Shown here: positions 11,551-18,961 of the stretch, piece by piece
Layout of the letters: each line of letters opens with the position of its first letter
How positions within the stretch are numbered: position 1 is the first letter of the stretch
Virus record (IMG/VR): IMGVR_UViG_3300021426_000065
Location: 103,173-167,172 of that record
DNA: 64,000 nt
Source: a virus
Lineage: Duplodnaviria; Heunggongvirae; Uroviricota; Caudoviricetes
Reading direction: 5' to 3' (one strand)
Notes under the pieces: generated by a model
What the model was told of the DNA's origin: nothing
The model's input: only the letters and a program-made list of their open reading frames with translations
Databases searched by the model: none
Program-made: the position numbers and the translations under genes

Positions 11551-11569
11551 ATTTATGTAAAAAGGAAAT

Positions 11570-11642
11570 GCCCGCTTAGCTCAGTCGGTAGAGCAATTGG
11601 CTGTTAACCAATGTGTCGGGAGTTCAAGTCTCTCAGCGGGCG
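11570..11642 (+). tRNA. tRNA-Asn, anticodon GUU.
   Basis: Acceptor gcccgct/agcgggc. D arm tagctcagtcggtagagca. Loop ctGTTaa. T loop ttcaagt. Confidence 0.75.
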
Positions 11643-11767
11643 CTCTTTTAGGCGAGTTAACTGCAAAATCTTTATAGGATGATTGAAAATGCTATTTATT
11701 TTCATAGAAAGTTCAAATCTTTCACACTTCCTCGCCTAGTATTTTAAATTAAAATGAGGTAATTAAC

Positions 11768-12307
11768 ATGAGTGATGCAAGGCTAAAGATTCTTCCCCCT
11801 TGGACAATCGTTATTCGTAAGTTTGAGGCCCTATTTGATGGCGATCCTCAGATTGCATGCAATTGTAATTTTAGTGGCTCTGCTCCTTCTATTGTATTTG
11901 CTTGCAATAATGGTGATAAGGTCGCGGCCCTACTATAGATTCTACCAGAAGAAGTTAGTTTCGGTAATATTAAACTAAAGGTAATGGTAGATGGCACCCC
12001 AAGTAATCGTGCTTTTACTAGCAAGGTAGAACTATTTGATACTGCTTTCAAGGGCAATCCCGCGTATGCGTATTCTGTTTGCCCCGCGGAAGAAGGGTAT
12101 CAGTGGATTGGAACTACATATGTTGTATTCAATAATTGCGTAGTTCAGTTCGCGGCGGATAATCTAAATGATTGTCATGGTATTATTAGCACCCTATATG
12201 AAACCATTGCTGATGAACTATTGACTGGTCCAGCGACAGAAGGTGTATTTTATAATACCAATGTTGAGCGCGCTAATCTTGGCAAGCCCCTTGGAGAGTG
12301 GCCGTAA
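11768..12307 (+). CDS. Hypothetical protein of about 179 aa with one in-frame TAG.
   Basis: Shine-Dalgarno TGAGGT then ATG 11768, in the same frame as track ORF 11984..12307 across a TAG. TAA stop. Confidence 0.5.
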
Positions 12308-12319
12308 TAGGAGAGTTAG

Positions 12320-12481
12320 ATGATAGTTGAATTAACAAATCATTGGTCTGAAATGAGTGGTCAATACGAAATTGAAGGAGTAGAAGAACATAATGATTAT
12401 TTTCGATTCTACTTCGGCAATGGTAAATGGTCAAAAGAATATAATATACCAACGTATACTTATAGAATTATACAAAAATGA
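12320..12481 (+). CDS. Small hypothetical protein.
   Basis: ORF with Shine-Dalgarno GGAGAG, TAA stop. Confidence 0.35.
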   Translation: MIVELTNHWSEMSGQYEIEGVEEHNDYFRFYFGNGKWSKEYNIPTYTYRIIQK

Positions 12482-12530
12482 ATTGTAATTCTTCTAACAT
12501 TTTTTGTTAAAACTAATTTATAGACCCGTC

Positions 12531-12638
12531 AGCAAATTACTTCTTTTTTTGACTGTTAATCAAAAGGTTATTGGTTCGAGTCCAATCGTATTCTACGGAA
12601 TATGTAGCTCAATTGGCAGAGCATTATAAGCGGGTCTA
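12531..12638 (+). ncRNA. Candidate Y-RNA-like (YrlA-like) RNA with a permuted tRNA-like module. The order is terminal stem, anticodon-like hairpin, T arm, loop-closed acceptor-like stem, D arm, terminal stem.
   Basis: The 9-bp terminal helix pairs tagacccgt (12531-12539) with gcgggtcta (12630-12638). Hairpin tttga-ctgttaa-tcaaa. T arm attgg-ttcgagt-ccaat. A 7-bp stem cgtattc/gaatatg is closed by tacg. D arm gctc-aattggca-gagc carries the GG needed for a T-loop contact. Confidence 0.4.
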
Positions 12639-12646
12639 GTTTTTAT

Positions 12647-12721
12647 CGCAACGTGACGCAGTTGGTTTAGCGTACCATTCTGATAAAATGGAAGTCCCTG
12701 GTCCGAGTCCAGGCGTTGCGA
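12647..12721 (+). tRNA. tRNA-Ile, anticodon GAU.
   Basis: Acceptor cgcaacg/cgttgcg. Anticodon stem ccatt/aatgg, loop ctGATaa. T arm cctgg-tccgagt-ccagg. Confidence 0.65.
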
Positions 12722-12900
12722 TTACCCGAGCGACGGGGCGCCGGTCGTAAAGTTCCCATGGCTACTTGTCCCGACAAGCGGTAGGACCGAAGTTGAGGAT
12801 TGGAACATTGAAAAGCACTGACAATATGCGTAGACCCGCACTATGGGGCGGCGAGCGAAGTGCCTAGCATAGGCACATTAACTGCAATGTAATTAGGGTA
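12722..12900 (+). ncRNA. Unassigned GC-rich structured RNA block. It contains the hairpin gtgcc-tagcata-ggcac and a second copy of the tagacccg motif.
   Basis: No credible ORF. High GC. Hairpins. Confidence 0.25.
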
Positions 12901-13105
12901 ACAGATGAGAATTGTGTTTAATGAGCACGATTCGTTGGATATTATTATATCCACCGACCAGTATGTCGAAATAACTACCATGGGCTGGCTGAGAGGCCCT
13001 GGTCCATCTTGGCATGTGGAAGATATCTACACTCATGAGGCCATCGCTTATCCAGCGATACATAAAAGGGAGATCGTCTGGCCACTCGACCGGTAGTGGC
13101 AATTC

Positions 13106-13176
13106 GCACCATTGGTGTAGCGGTAACATCTTTGCCTTCCAAGCAAATGTGGCCAGTTCAAATCTGGTATGGTGCT
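13106..13176 (+). tRNA. tRNA-Gly, anticodon UCC.
   Basis: Perfect acceptor gcaccat/atggtgc. Anticodon stem tttgc/gcaaa, loop ctTCCaa. T loop ttcaaat. Confidence 0.75.
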
Positions 13177-13180
13177 TTAA

Positions 13181-13296
13181 AGACGCATCAGCAATTATTC
13201 TTTTGCAAAGGGAGCCCGTCAAGTGTTGGTGCAACTCCAACCCACCGCAACATGCGGTGGTCGCTCAATAGTAGAAGCGCGGTTATAAGTGCGTCT
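13181..13296 (+). ncRNA. Second candidate Y-RNA-like element. Terminal pairing gacgca/tgcgtc encloses a T-arm-like hairpin (gttgg-tgcaact-ccaac) and a loop-closed 7-bp stem (ccaccgc-aacat-gcggtgg).
   Basis: Same module order as 12531-12638. No ORF. Sits between tRNA-Gly and tRNA-Leu. Confidence 0.3.
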
Positions 13297-13304
13297 TGTT
13301 TTAT

Positions 13305-14116
13305 GCCGCTGTGGTGGAATGGCAGACACAGCAGACTTATATAATTTGAGCACTTGGATACGAAAGTTCCAATGTGAATGTTCCCTAATTCGGCGAAAGT
13401 CCAAATTGGATTACGCCGAGCTAAATGGGATTACGCTAAAAAAATTTTTTCCAGAGAGTAAATTAAAATGGTTTCCTTGTAATGTAGTCACTCTTATAAT
13501 GAGGTGATGAATATGCGAAATGATATTATTGAACGCAAAGAAGAAATTCTCCAATGGATTAATGAAGGACAATCAAAAGCGAATATGGCGCGCGAACTTA
13601 GGTGTAAGCCTGAAACTTTAAATCGTTATCTTAATCTTTGGAATATAACTTACGATGGAAATCAAAGTGGTAAAGGTACTACAAAAATCAGTAATCGTGG
13701 TATGAATTTAATGGAATATCTTGCTGAAAGTAAAGATATTCAAACTAATAAAATTCGCCGCAAATTACTTGAAGAAGGATATAAAGAATATAAATGTGAA
13801 TGTTGCGGGAATACCGAATGGATGGGTAAGCCCATTCCGCTTGAAGTTCATCATAAAGATGGAAACCGCAATAACAATACATTAGAAAATTTTGAACTTC
13901 TTTGTCCTAATTGCCATGCTTTTACTGATAGTTATCGTGGAAAAAATAGCGCAATCTCTAAATGTGTAGAGACTATATAGGAACCACCTAAGTCATAAGA
14001 TATGGTGAAAACATAGTCCAGACTACAACGCAGTAATGCGGCCATAGTAATATGGAGTAGTAAGAAAATCTGCTGCTCTTATGAGCGTGCCGGTTCAAGT
14101 CCGGCCAGCGGCACCA
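13305..14116 (+). tRNA. tRNA-Leu, anticodon UAA, class II. The gene is interrupted between U34 and A35 by a 726-nt group I intron (13339-14064) that carries an HNH homing endonuclease ORF. Exon 1 is 13305-13338 and exon 2 is 14065-14116, ending in CCA.
   Basis: Exon 1 has acceptor gccgctg, a 3-bp D stem and gcaga-ctt. Exon 2 is aaaa-tctgc, then a variable-arm hairpin gctc-ttat-gagc, T arm gccgg-ttcaagt-ccggc, cagcggc, A73, CCA. Acceptor and anticodon stems pair perfectly across the intron. The intron starts atataatttgagc and ends gtagtaaG. It has P/Q/R/S-like elements (aattcggcg, cgccgagc, ccagagagtaaat, catagtccagac). The 5' end resembles the cyanobacterial tRNA-Leu intron (AAAUAAUUGAGCC, recalled from memory). 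Confidence 0.6.
13504..13998 (+). CDS. HNH homing endonuclease encoded inside the tRNA-Leu intron. The frame reads through TAG at 13978 to TAA 13996-13998.
   Basis: Motif CECCGN...EVHHKDGNRNNNTLENFELLCPNCH. Promoter-like TATAAT and Shine-Dalgarno GAGGTGA upstream. Confidence 0.75.
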
Positions 14117-14119
14117 AAT

Positions 14120-14193
14120 GTCCTCGTAACAGAATTGGCATATGTACCGCGCTCAAAACGCGGGTTCTGTGGGTCCGACTCCCACCGAGGATA
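14120..14193 (+). tRNA. tRNA with anticodon CAA (nominally Leu) but a class I short variable arm.
   Basis: Acceptor gtcctcg/cgaggat. Perfect anticodon stem ccgcg/cgcgg, loop ctCAAaa. T arm gtggg-tccgact-cccac. A73. Confidence 0.55.
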
Positions 14194-14194
14194 C

Positions 14195-14268
14195 GTCCAG
14201 TTGGCGCAATTGGCAGACGCGCTACGTTTAGGCCGTAGTTTTTGAAGGTTCAAATCCTTTACTGGACA
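14195..14268 (+). tRNA. tRNA with anticodon UAG (nominally Leu, reading CUA) but a class I short variable arm.
   Basis: Perfect acceptor gtccagt/actggac. Anticodon stem ctacg/cgtag, loop ttTAGgc. T loop ttcaaat. A73. Confidence 0.55.
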
Positions 14269-14275
14269 TTAGTAT

Positions 14276-14304
14276 TTGACTTTTCTCCAAAATTATTATA
14301 TAAT
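14276..14304 (+). promoter_or_regulatory. Sigma-70 consensus promoter, family copy.
   Basis: TTGACT 14276-14281, TATAAT 14299-14304, 17-nt spacer. Confidence 0.55.
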
Positions 14305-14330
14305 ATATATGTAAGAAAGGGGCGAATGGA

Positions 14331-14510
14331 ATGAAATTACTTTTTCTTAATAAAGAAGAAAAGAAAGCATTGATTAAATTATTAGTTCCTTTGGCTACTT
14401 CTTCAAAAGGTAATTATGAATTAACAACTATTTTAGAAAAATTGGATTGGAAAGCATATGAATATGCTTTTAACCATCCTAAAGAAGATAAGTATTTGAC
14501 TTTTCCTTAA
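14331..14510 (+). CDS. Small hypothetical protein of 59 aa. The next promoter copy is embedded in its 3' end.
   Basis: Shine-Dalgarno AAAGGGG then ATG. The ORF ends ...KYLTFP, overlapping TTGACTTTTCC. Confidence 0.35.
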   Translation: MKLLFLNKEEKKALIKLLVPLATSSKGNYELTTILEKLDWKAYEYAFNHPKEDKYLTFP

Positions 14511-14537
14511 AATTATGTTATAATAAATATATAATGA

Positions 14538-14806
14538 AGCCCGCTAGCATAATGGTTAATGCACCGGTCTCTAGTCTAAATTGGAGCCTTATATAGTAAT
14601 ATATAAGTGAAAACGCCGCTAATTCGGTGAAGGCTTAACTGCTAATACCGAGCAAGGATTTTTAATCTATGTGTAGAGACTTTATACGGCGCATCCTTAT
14701 AGGATGAAGATAAAGTCCGGACCACGATGCGAAAGCAACGCGTGTGAAGAAAACCGTAACACCTCTGAAGTGGGTTATCTCCGTTCGATCCGGAGGCGGG
14801 CCGCCA
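14538..14806 (+). tRNA. Candidate amber-suppressor tRNA, anticodon CUA, class II, G73, CCA encoded. The gene is split in the anticodon loop after U35 by a 177-nt group I-like intron (14573-14749). Exon 1 is 14538-14572 and exon 2 is 14750-14806.
   Basis: Exon 1 is agcccgc-ta-gcat-aatggtta-atgc-a-ccggt-ctCT. Exon 2 is Aaa-accgt, a 21-nt variable arm (acct/gggt stem), T arm ctccg-ttcgatc-cggag, gcgggcc, G, CCA. Six of seven acceptor pairs form. The spliced loop ctCTAaa matches the A37-A38 pattern of most tRNAs in the island. The intron starts agtctaaattggagcc with a GGAG internal guide for the ..CUCU exon end. It ends gtgtgaaG, the same ..aaG/aaaa junction as the tRNA-Leu intron, and carries P/Q/R/S-like segments (aattcgg, ccgagcaagg, gtagagact, aagataaagtccggacc). 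Confidence 0.5.
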
Positions 14807-14874
14807 TCTTTAAGCGACCATTACAGCAATATTTTATTTATAACTGAAAATTATAAAATATGGTCGCGTTTTTT

Positions 14875-14947
14875 CGGGGTATAGCGCAGTTGGTAGCGCG
14901 CCAGTTTTGGGAACTGGATGCCGCAAGTTCGAGCCTTGCTACTCCGA
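14875..14947 (+). tRNA. tRNA-Pro, anticodon UGG.
   Basis: Acceptor cggggta/tactccg with one G-U pair. Anticodon stem ccagt/actgg, loop ttTGGga. T loop ttcgagc. Confidence 0.65.
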
Positions 14948-14970
14948 CTTATAAAAAGAAAGGAATCAAT

Positions 14971-15336
14971 ATGACAGCGCAAGAAGTAGTTTGGTTTATT
15001 AATCACAAATACGGTGAACAGGCGTATATTGTAGAAACAAACGACCAAATCTTACTATTTACGAAAGAATCCAAATGGATAATCAATAAAAATGATTATT
15101 CTAAGTTTCATTGCTATACTTTATTTCATTCTAATAATACGCAAGGAAATGGATTCCATGTACAAATGCGCGGCAATCATATTGATTTTTTAGTTTATCA
15201 AGCTATCATGCATGATAATAAAGAAATTTTTTCTAATCGTGAAACCTGGGATAATTTTCAAAATGCTTGGGAATTATTTCTTCTTGGACGAAAAATTGAA
15301 GCAGAAATTAATGCGTGGGAATGGATGACAAAATAA
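14971..15336 (+). CDS. Hypothetical protein of about 121 aa.
   Basis: Shine-Dalgarno AAAGGAA then ATG 14971. Track ORF 14860.. starts inside tRNA-Pro, so the downstream start is preferred. Confidence 0.45.
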   Translation: MTAQEVVWFINHKYGEQAYIVETNDQILLFTKESKWIINKNDYSKFHCYTLFHSNNTQGNGFHVQMRGNHIDFLVYQAIMHDNKEIFSNRETWDNFQNAWELFLLGRKIEAEINAWEWMTK

Positions 15337-15355
15337 GATTGGAGCATTAGAATAT

Positions 15356-15562
15356 ATGAATGATGAAAAATATATAGATTCTATTTGTATCAATGGTTAG
15401 AAATATAAAATTAAAGCGTCATTAATTGAAGCTTATCCTATTAACTGTAAAAATTGTGGCGCGTTGTTTGAATTAAAATATGGGTCTGGACGATGTGATT
15501 ATTGCGGCACGTATTATACTACTGAGTTTAAAATAGTAGAAAAACCATTCAAGGAGAATTAA
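15356..15562 (+). CDS. Zinc-ribbon protein (CxxC...CxxC) with one in-frame TAG.
   Basis: ATG 15356. The frame is open through TAG to TAA. Confidence 0.4.
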
Positions 15563-15581
15563 CCGCGGAAGGTAAAATGAG

Positions 15582-15902
15582 ATGATTGAAGGAGTAGTTG
15601 TTTTATCAGAATGGACAAGCATGTCCGCACTGGGTTGTCTTATGCTAACTATCGGTTTAACTTTTTTTATTCTATTCGCTTGGATTGCAATGTTCAATAA
15701 AGGAGTTATTAGTAACAATTGGTTCTGTGTATTTGTTATTGGGTCTATTATTGGAATTGGCTTATTCGTCGGTTCATTTTTCATGCCCAAGGACCATGGG
15801 TACAAAATAACTTTAACTGATGATGCTAACTTTTCAGAAATAGTAAAGCATTATGAAATTATTAGTACCGATAACTTGATATTAAAAGTAAGAGAGCGGT
15901 GA
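15582..15902 (+). CDS. Small membrane protein with two transmembrane helices.
   Basis: Track ORF with hydrophobic stretches, TGA stop. Confidence 0.45.
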   Translation: MIEGVVVLSEWTSMSALGCLMLTIGLTFFILFAWIAMFNKGVISNNWFCVFVIGSIIGIGLFVGSFFMPKDHGYKITLTDDANFSEIVKHYEIISTDNLILKVRER

Positions 15903-15908
15903 AGTGGG

Positions 15909-16112
15909 ATGAATGAAACAGGCTTGAAAAAGACTCGAAAGTATTATCGTCTATGCGGAATGTGCGGAAAAAGGCATGAACAGAAACAAATGAAAAGAAC
16001 GACACATAGCAGAAATGGATGGCTTTGTAAAGATTGCTATGAATCAGATGAATATTTAGATTTTAATACCAATACCGGAGACCCAATTGGATGGGATTCT
16101 AATGAGTGGTAA
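15909..16112 (+). CDS. C4 zinc-finger protein.
   Basis: CGMCGK...CKDCY. Confidence 0.45.
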   Translation: MNETGLKKTRKYYRLCGMCGKRHEQKQMKRTTHSRNGWLCKDCYESDEYLDFNTNTGDPIGWDSNEW

Positions 16113-16151
16113 AAGAATAAAATGAAATTATATACTTCCTATTGGGCATAG

Positions 16152-16574
16152 GTGCGCAATTTTCCAAAAAATCTTATCGGTCTAAATACTACTGTTTTTC
16201 CGCCGAAGTGGCGCCCGCTTGGACAAGACGGCCGCGGCATATGGGTAATTGATTGCCCACCATTAAAGCCTGGCGCGGAATGCGATGGACTATGTAATGG
16301 GAAATGCGCCCCTAAACATCCACAAAATTGTTCTTTTCTACAAGTATATTCAAATCAATTAGATAAAATTGATTTTAAACTTTTCATGTCTAAATTATTT
16401 AGCTTACATGAACGTATCGCATACGATAATGATATAAAAGACTATGATTTCGCATTTATTGTATTTGAAAAATATGACAACCCTTGTAGTGAGCGATGGC
16501 CAATACAAGAGTGGTTTAGAAAAAATGGAGCGACAATAGAAGAATGGACCAAAGAGAATATAATAAACAACTAA
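16152..16574 (+). CDS. Cys-rich hypothetical protein.
   Basis: Track ORF, TAA stop. Confidence 0.45.
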   Translation: MRNFPKNLIGLNTTVFPPKWRPLGQDGRGIWVIDCPPLKPGAECDGLCNGKCAPKHPQNCSFLQVYSNQLDKIDFKLFMSKLFSLHERIAYDNDIKDYDFAFIVFEKYDNPCSERWPIQEWFRKNGATIEEWTKENIINN

Positions 16575-16597
16575 TTGAAAAATATCCATTTCTAATG

Positions 16598-16992
16598 CCA
16601 TATAATATATGGACTGGCGAGCCAATTGAAGATTATGATTATGAATATATATGGCTTGATGATATGCCAGACGGCTGGCGCAACGCATTTGGCTTACAAA
16701 TGTGCGAAGAATTAAAGCAGGCCCTAAACAAGCAGCCATAGGTTTTTGCAGATACCTTTAAAATTATTCAAATTAAAGAAAAGTTTGGCGGTCTACGCTT
16801 CTATACTAATTGGACAACACCAGAGATAAATGAAGTAATTAGTAAATATGAAAATATGAGTTATTCAATTTGTATTCGTTGTGGTGCGCCCGCGAAGTGG
16901 ATTACAAAAGGATGGATTTCTCCTTTCTGTGATAAGTGTAAGCCCGATGAAAATTGCGTAGAAATTGAAAAGTTCTACGAAGAAAATACTTG
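16598..16992 (+). CDS. Hypothetical protein with one in-frame TAG (at 16739) and C-terminal CxxC pairs.
   Basis: Track ORF 16544..16741 continues in frame past TAG to TGA 16990-16992. The start is placed at the first ATG beyond the overlap with the upstream gene. Confidence 0.4.
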
Positions 16993-17048
16993 ACTTATAG
17001 TAAAAATTATAGTATAATTATTATACAAAGAGGAAAGGAGCCAAGAAA

Positions 17049-17405
17049 ATGCGTAATTACAGTATGAAGTCTAAAAATCGTAGGAATCATCAGCGGTGGC
17101 TAAATCAGTATTGTAAAATGGTAAATAAGTATGTCGCGGAAGATCCACTCTGGCTCGGTCGCTTTGTAATGGAACAAGTCAGAACTAGAATGGAATGGTT
17201 TGAGGACGGTAGTGGCGGCCTCATGTATTGCGAGCTTCGTTTCCGCGATAAGAAAACCGGAAAGACTAAAATCTGGGATACCGATTGCCTTGAACTAGAA
17301 TATAAGTCTGGCTTTAAAATGAATGATTTTATTGTTAGTGATTGTGCTGTTTGGGAAAATGAACGCCCATATGAAGAAGTGAGGGATTATAGAAATGTCA
17401 AGTGA
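17049..17405 (+). CDS. Hypothetical protein.
   Basis: Promoter copy at 16990, Shine-Dalgarno GGAAAGGAG, TGA stop. Confidence 0.5.
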   Translation: MRNYSMKSKNRRNHQRWLNQYCKMVNKYVAEDPLWLGRFVMEQVRTRMEWFEDGSGGLMYCELRFRDKKTGKTKIWDTDCLELEYKSGFKMNDFIVSDCAVWENERPYEEVRDYRNVK

Positions 17406-17598
17406 AGAAAATAACGGACAGATTGAGTTTACTTTTTGGCCCGGCGGCGATAATCCGCATGAGCGACGAACAGAACTAAGCTTTGATATTCCAAGCGATG
17501 TCGGTATTGATGAACTATGTGATTGCTTTACTTCGTTCCTTGTCGCACTTGGGTATCATCCAAATACTATTAATAAGTATATTCCCGGGAGCTATTAA
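17395..17598 (+). CDS. Hypothetical protein.
   Basis: ORF overlapping the upstream stop, TAA stop. Confidence 0.4.
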   Translation: MSSEENNGQIEFTFWPGGDNPHERRTELSFDIPSDVGIDELCDCFTSFLVALGYHPNTINKYIPGSY

Positions 17599-17607
17599 GC
17601 TCTCTAT

Positions 17608-17679
17608 GGGACATTAGTTCAACGGTTAGAACGGTGGTCTTATAAACCATTAACGATAGTCCGACTCTATCATGTCCTA
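17608..17679 (+). tRNA. tRNA-Ile, anticodon UAU.
   Basis: Acceptor gggacat/atgtcct. Anticodon stem gtggt/accat, loop ctTATaa. T arm gatag-tccgact-ctatc. Confidence 0.6.
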
Positions 17680-17850
17680 CCACAATAGCGGCTAATCTTT
17701 GCGAAGATTAGGAAGGATGAAAACCACTTCCGCCAAACTATTGGCAGCAGCAAACACCTATGCGTAGGTAAAGGCAAATAGTCGCGACGTTGGTAATTAG
17801 ACCCGAAGCAAGAGGCCGAGTAGTATCCGCAACTCTTCCGCCGCGATTGT
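17680..17850 (+). ncRNA. Unassigned structured RNA block containing the hairpins ctaatctt-tgcg-aagattag and ggaag...cttcc, plus a third copy of the tagacccg motif.
   Basis: No ORF. GC-rich hairpins between two tRNAs. Confidence 0.25.
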
Positions 17851-17932
17851 GCCCGTTTAACTCAACGGACAGAGTATCTGACTTCTAATCAGAAAATATA
17901 GGTTCAATTCCTATAACGGGTATTTAAGTAGA
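17851..17932 (+). tRNA. tRNA-Arg, anticodon UCU.
   Basis: Acceptor gcccgtt/aacgggt. Anticodon stem tctga/tcaga, loop ctTCTaa. T loop ttcaatt. Confidence 0.7.
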
Positions 17933-17989
17933 AGGCGCGGCAGTACAGCGCCCCGAGAGGACAAAACCACACAGTATTCTACTTTTTAT

Positions 17990-18060
17990 GCGCCTGTAAC
18001 ATAGTGGTAGTGTTGTAGACTTTTAATCTATAAGCGCGGTTTCGATTACCGCCAGGCGCA
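17990..18060 (+). tRNA. tRNA-Lys, anticodon UUU.
   Basis: Perfect acceptor gcgcctg/caggcgc. Loop ctTTTaa. T arm gcggt-ttcgatt-accgc. Confidence 0.65.
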
Positions 18061-18138
18061 TTATGAGGTAGCGTTAGAATAGCTAACTAACGAGATAAAG
18101 ATGCTCCTACATCGGCTCAATTTTATATAATCATAGGA

Positions 18139-18801
18139 GTGATTAATATGATAGGATATATTTATAAAATTACTAATGATATAAATAATAAGGTTTATAT
18201 TGGAAAAACTTTAAAATCTATAACAAAGCGATTTGCAGAGCATATTCATGAAAGTACTCGTAAAAGAAGCGAGAAACGACCATTGTACATGGCAATGAAT
18301 AAATATGGAATTGAACATTTTTTCATAGAATTGATAGAAGAAGTTGATTCTTCCATATTAGAAGAACGTGAAATTTATTGGATTCAACAATACAACAGTT
18401 ATCATTATGGTTATAATGCTACTTATGGTGGAGATGGCAAAATATTATATGATGATAATATAAGACAAGAAATGATAAATGAATATAAAGATGGACAATT
18501 AATAATAGAAATTGCTACTAAATACAATTGTGATGTAAGTATTGTTCATAGTGCAATAGTCTCCGCGGGATTAGACGTAAATAGCAATAAAAATAAACGT
18601 CTTATGATTGGCATAAGTGCTTATAAAGATGGAAAATTAATTCAATCATTTGAATCACATAAACTTGCTGGACAATGGCTGTATACTAATGGATATACAC
18701 AGTCTCAAAATTGGGATAATATATCAGCAACCCTTGGCCGTGCAAGAGATAATCCTAATAGAACTGCTTATGGATTTATATGGAAAACAATAGGGGTATA
18801 A
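18139..18801 (+). CDS. GIY-YIG homing endonuclease, free-standing within the tRNA island.
   Basis: Motif GYIYKITNDINNKVYIGKT, then ...Y.G.K, C-terminal DNA-binding region. -10 TATAAT and Shine-Dalgarno upstream. Confidence 0.75.
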   Translation: MINMIGYIYKITNDINNKVYIGKTLKSITKRFAEHIHESTRKRSEKRPLYMAMNKYGIEHFFIELIEEVDSSILEEREIYWIQQYNSYHYGYNATYGGDGKILYDDNIRQEMINEYKDGQLIIEIATKYNCDVSIVHSAIVSAGLDVNSNKNKRLMIGISAYKDGKLIQSFESHKLAGQWLYTNGYTQSQNWDNISATLGRARDNPNRTAYGFIWKTIGV

Positions 18802-18867
18802 GATAATTAGCAGTCGGGGAATCTCCAAAATTCTCAGTTCCTAGGCAGAATAGGATACCCCTGCCAA

Positions 18868-18941
18868 GCGCGTCCAATTCTCGTCGGCCGGGAGCGGGCC
18901 TGCAAAGCCCCTGTTAGTTGGTTCAACTCCAACTGGACGCT
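18868..18941 (+). tRNA. tRNA-Cys, anticodon GCA.
   Basis: Acceptor gcgtcca/tggacgc. Loop ctGCAaa. T arm gttgg-ttcaact-ccaac. Confidence 0.6.
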
Positions 18942-18961
18942 TCAACAAAGGAGAAATAATT

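Noticed and set aside
12545-12640. Circularly permuted or fragmented tRNA-Asn gene (3' half before 5' half)
   Set aside because: The two halves are bridged by a tetraloop-closed acceptor stem and the whole unit is closed by a 9-bp terminal helix. That matches Y-RNA-like (YrlA-like) topology better than a gene needing a splicing endonuclease absent from bacteria. An intact tRNA-Asn(GUU) exists at 11570.
8458-13404. Track ORFs inside the tRNA and ncRNA island (8458..8640 +, 9787..10083 -, 10097..10512 -, 10608..10829 -, 12893..13344 both strands)
   Set aside because: They overlap confidently folded tRNAs or GC-rich structured RNA, lack Shine-Dalgarno sites, and are on the minus strand in an otherwise single-strand genome. 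They are spurious.
14538-14806. tmRNA interpretation of the split element (an internal frame reads AANSVKA-stop)
   Set aside because: The acceptor lacks the G3:U70 alanine identity pair and the tag ends atypically. The intervening sequence shares its 5' end, its 3' ..aaG/aaaa junction and P/Q/R/S-like blocks with the neighbouring tRNA-Leu group I intron. Splicing gives a regular 7-nt CUA loop.
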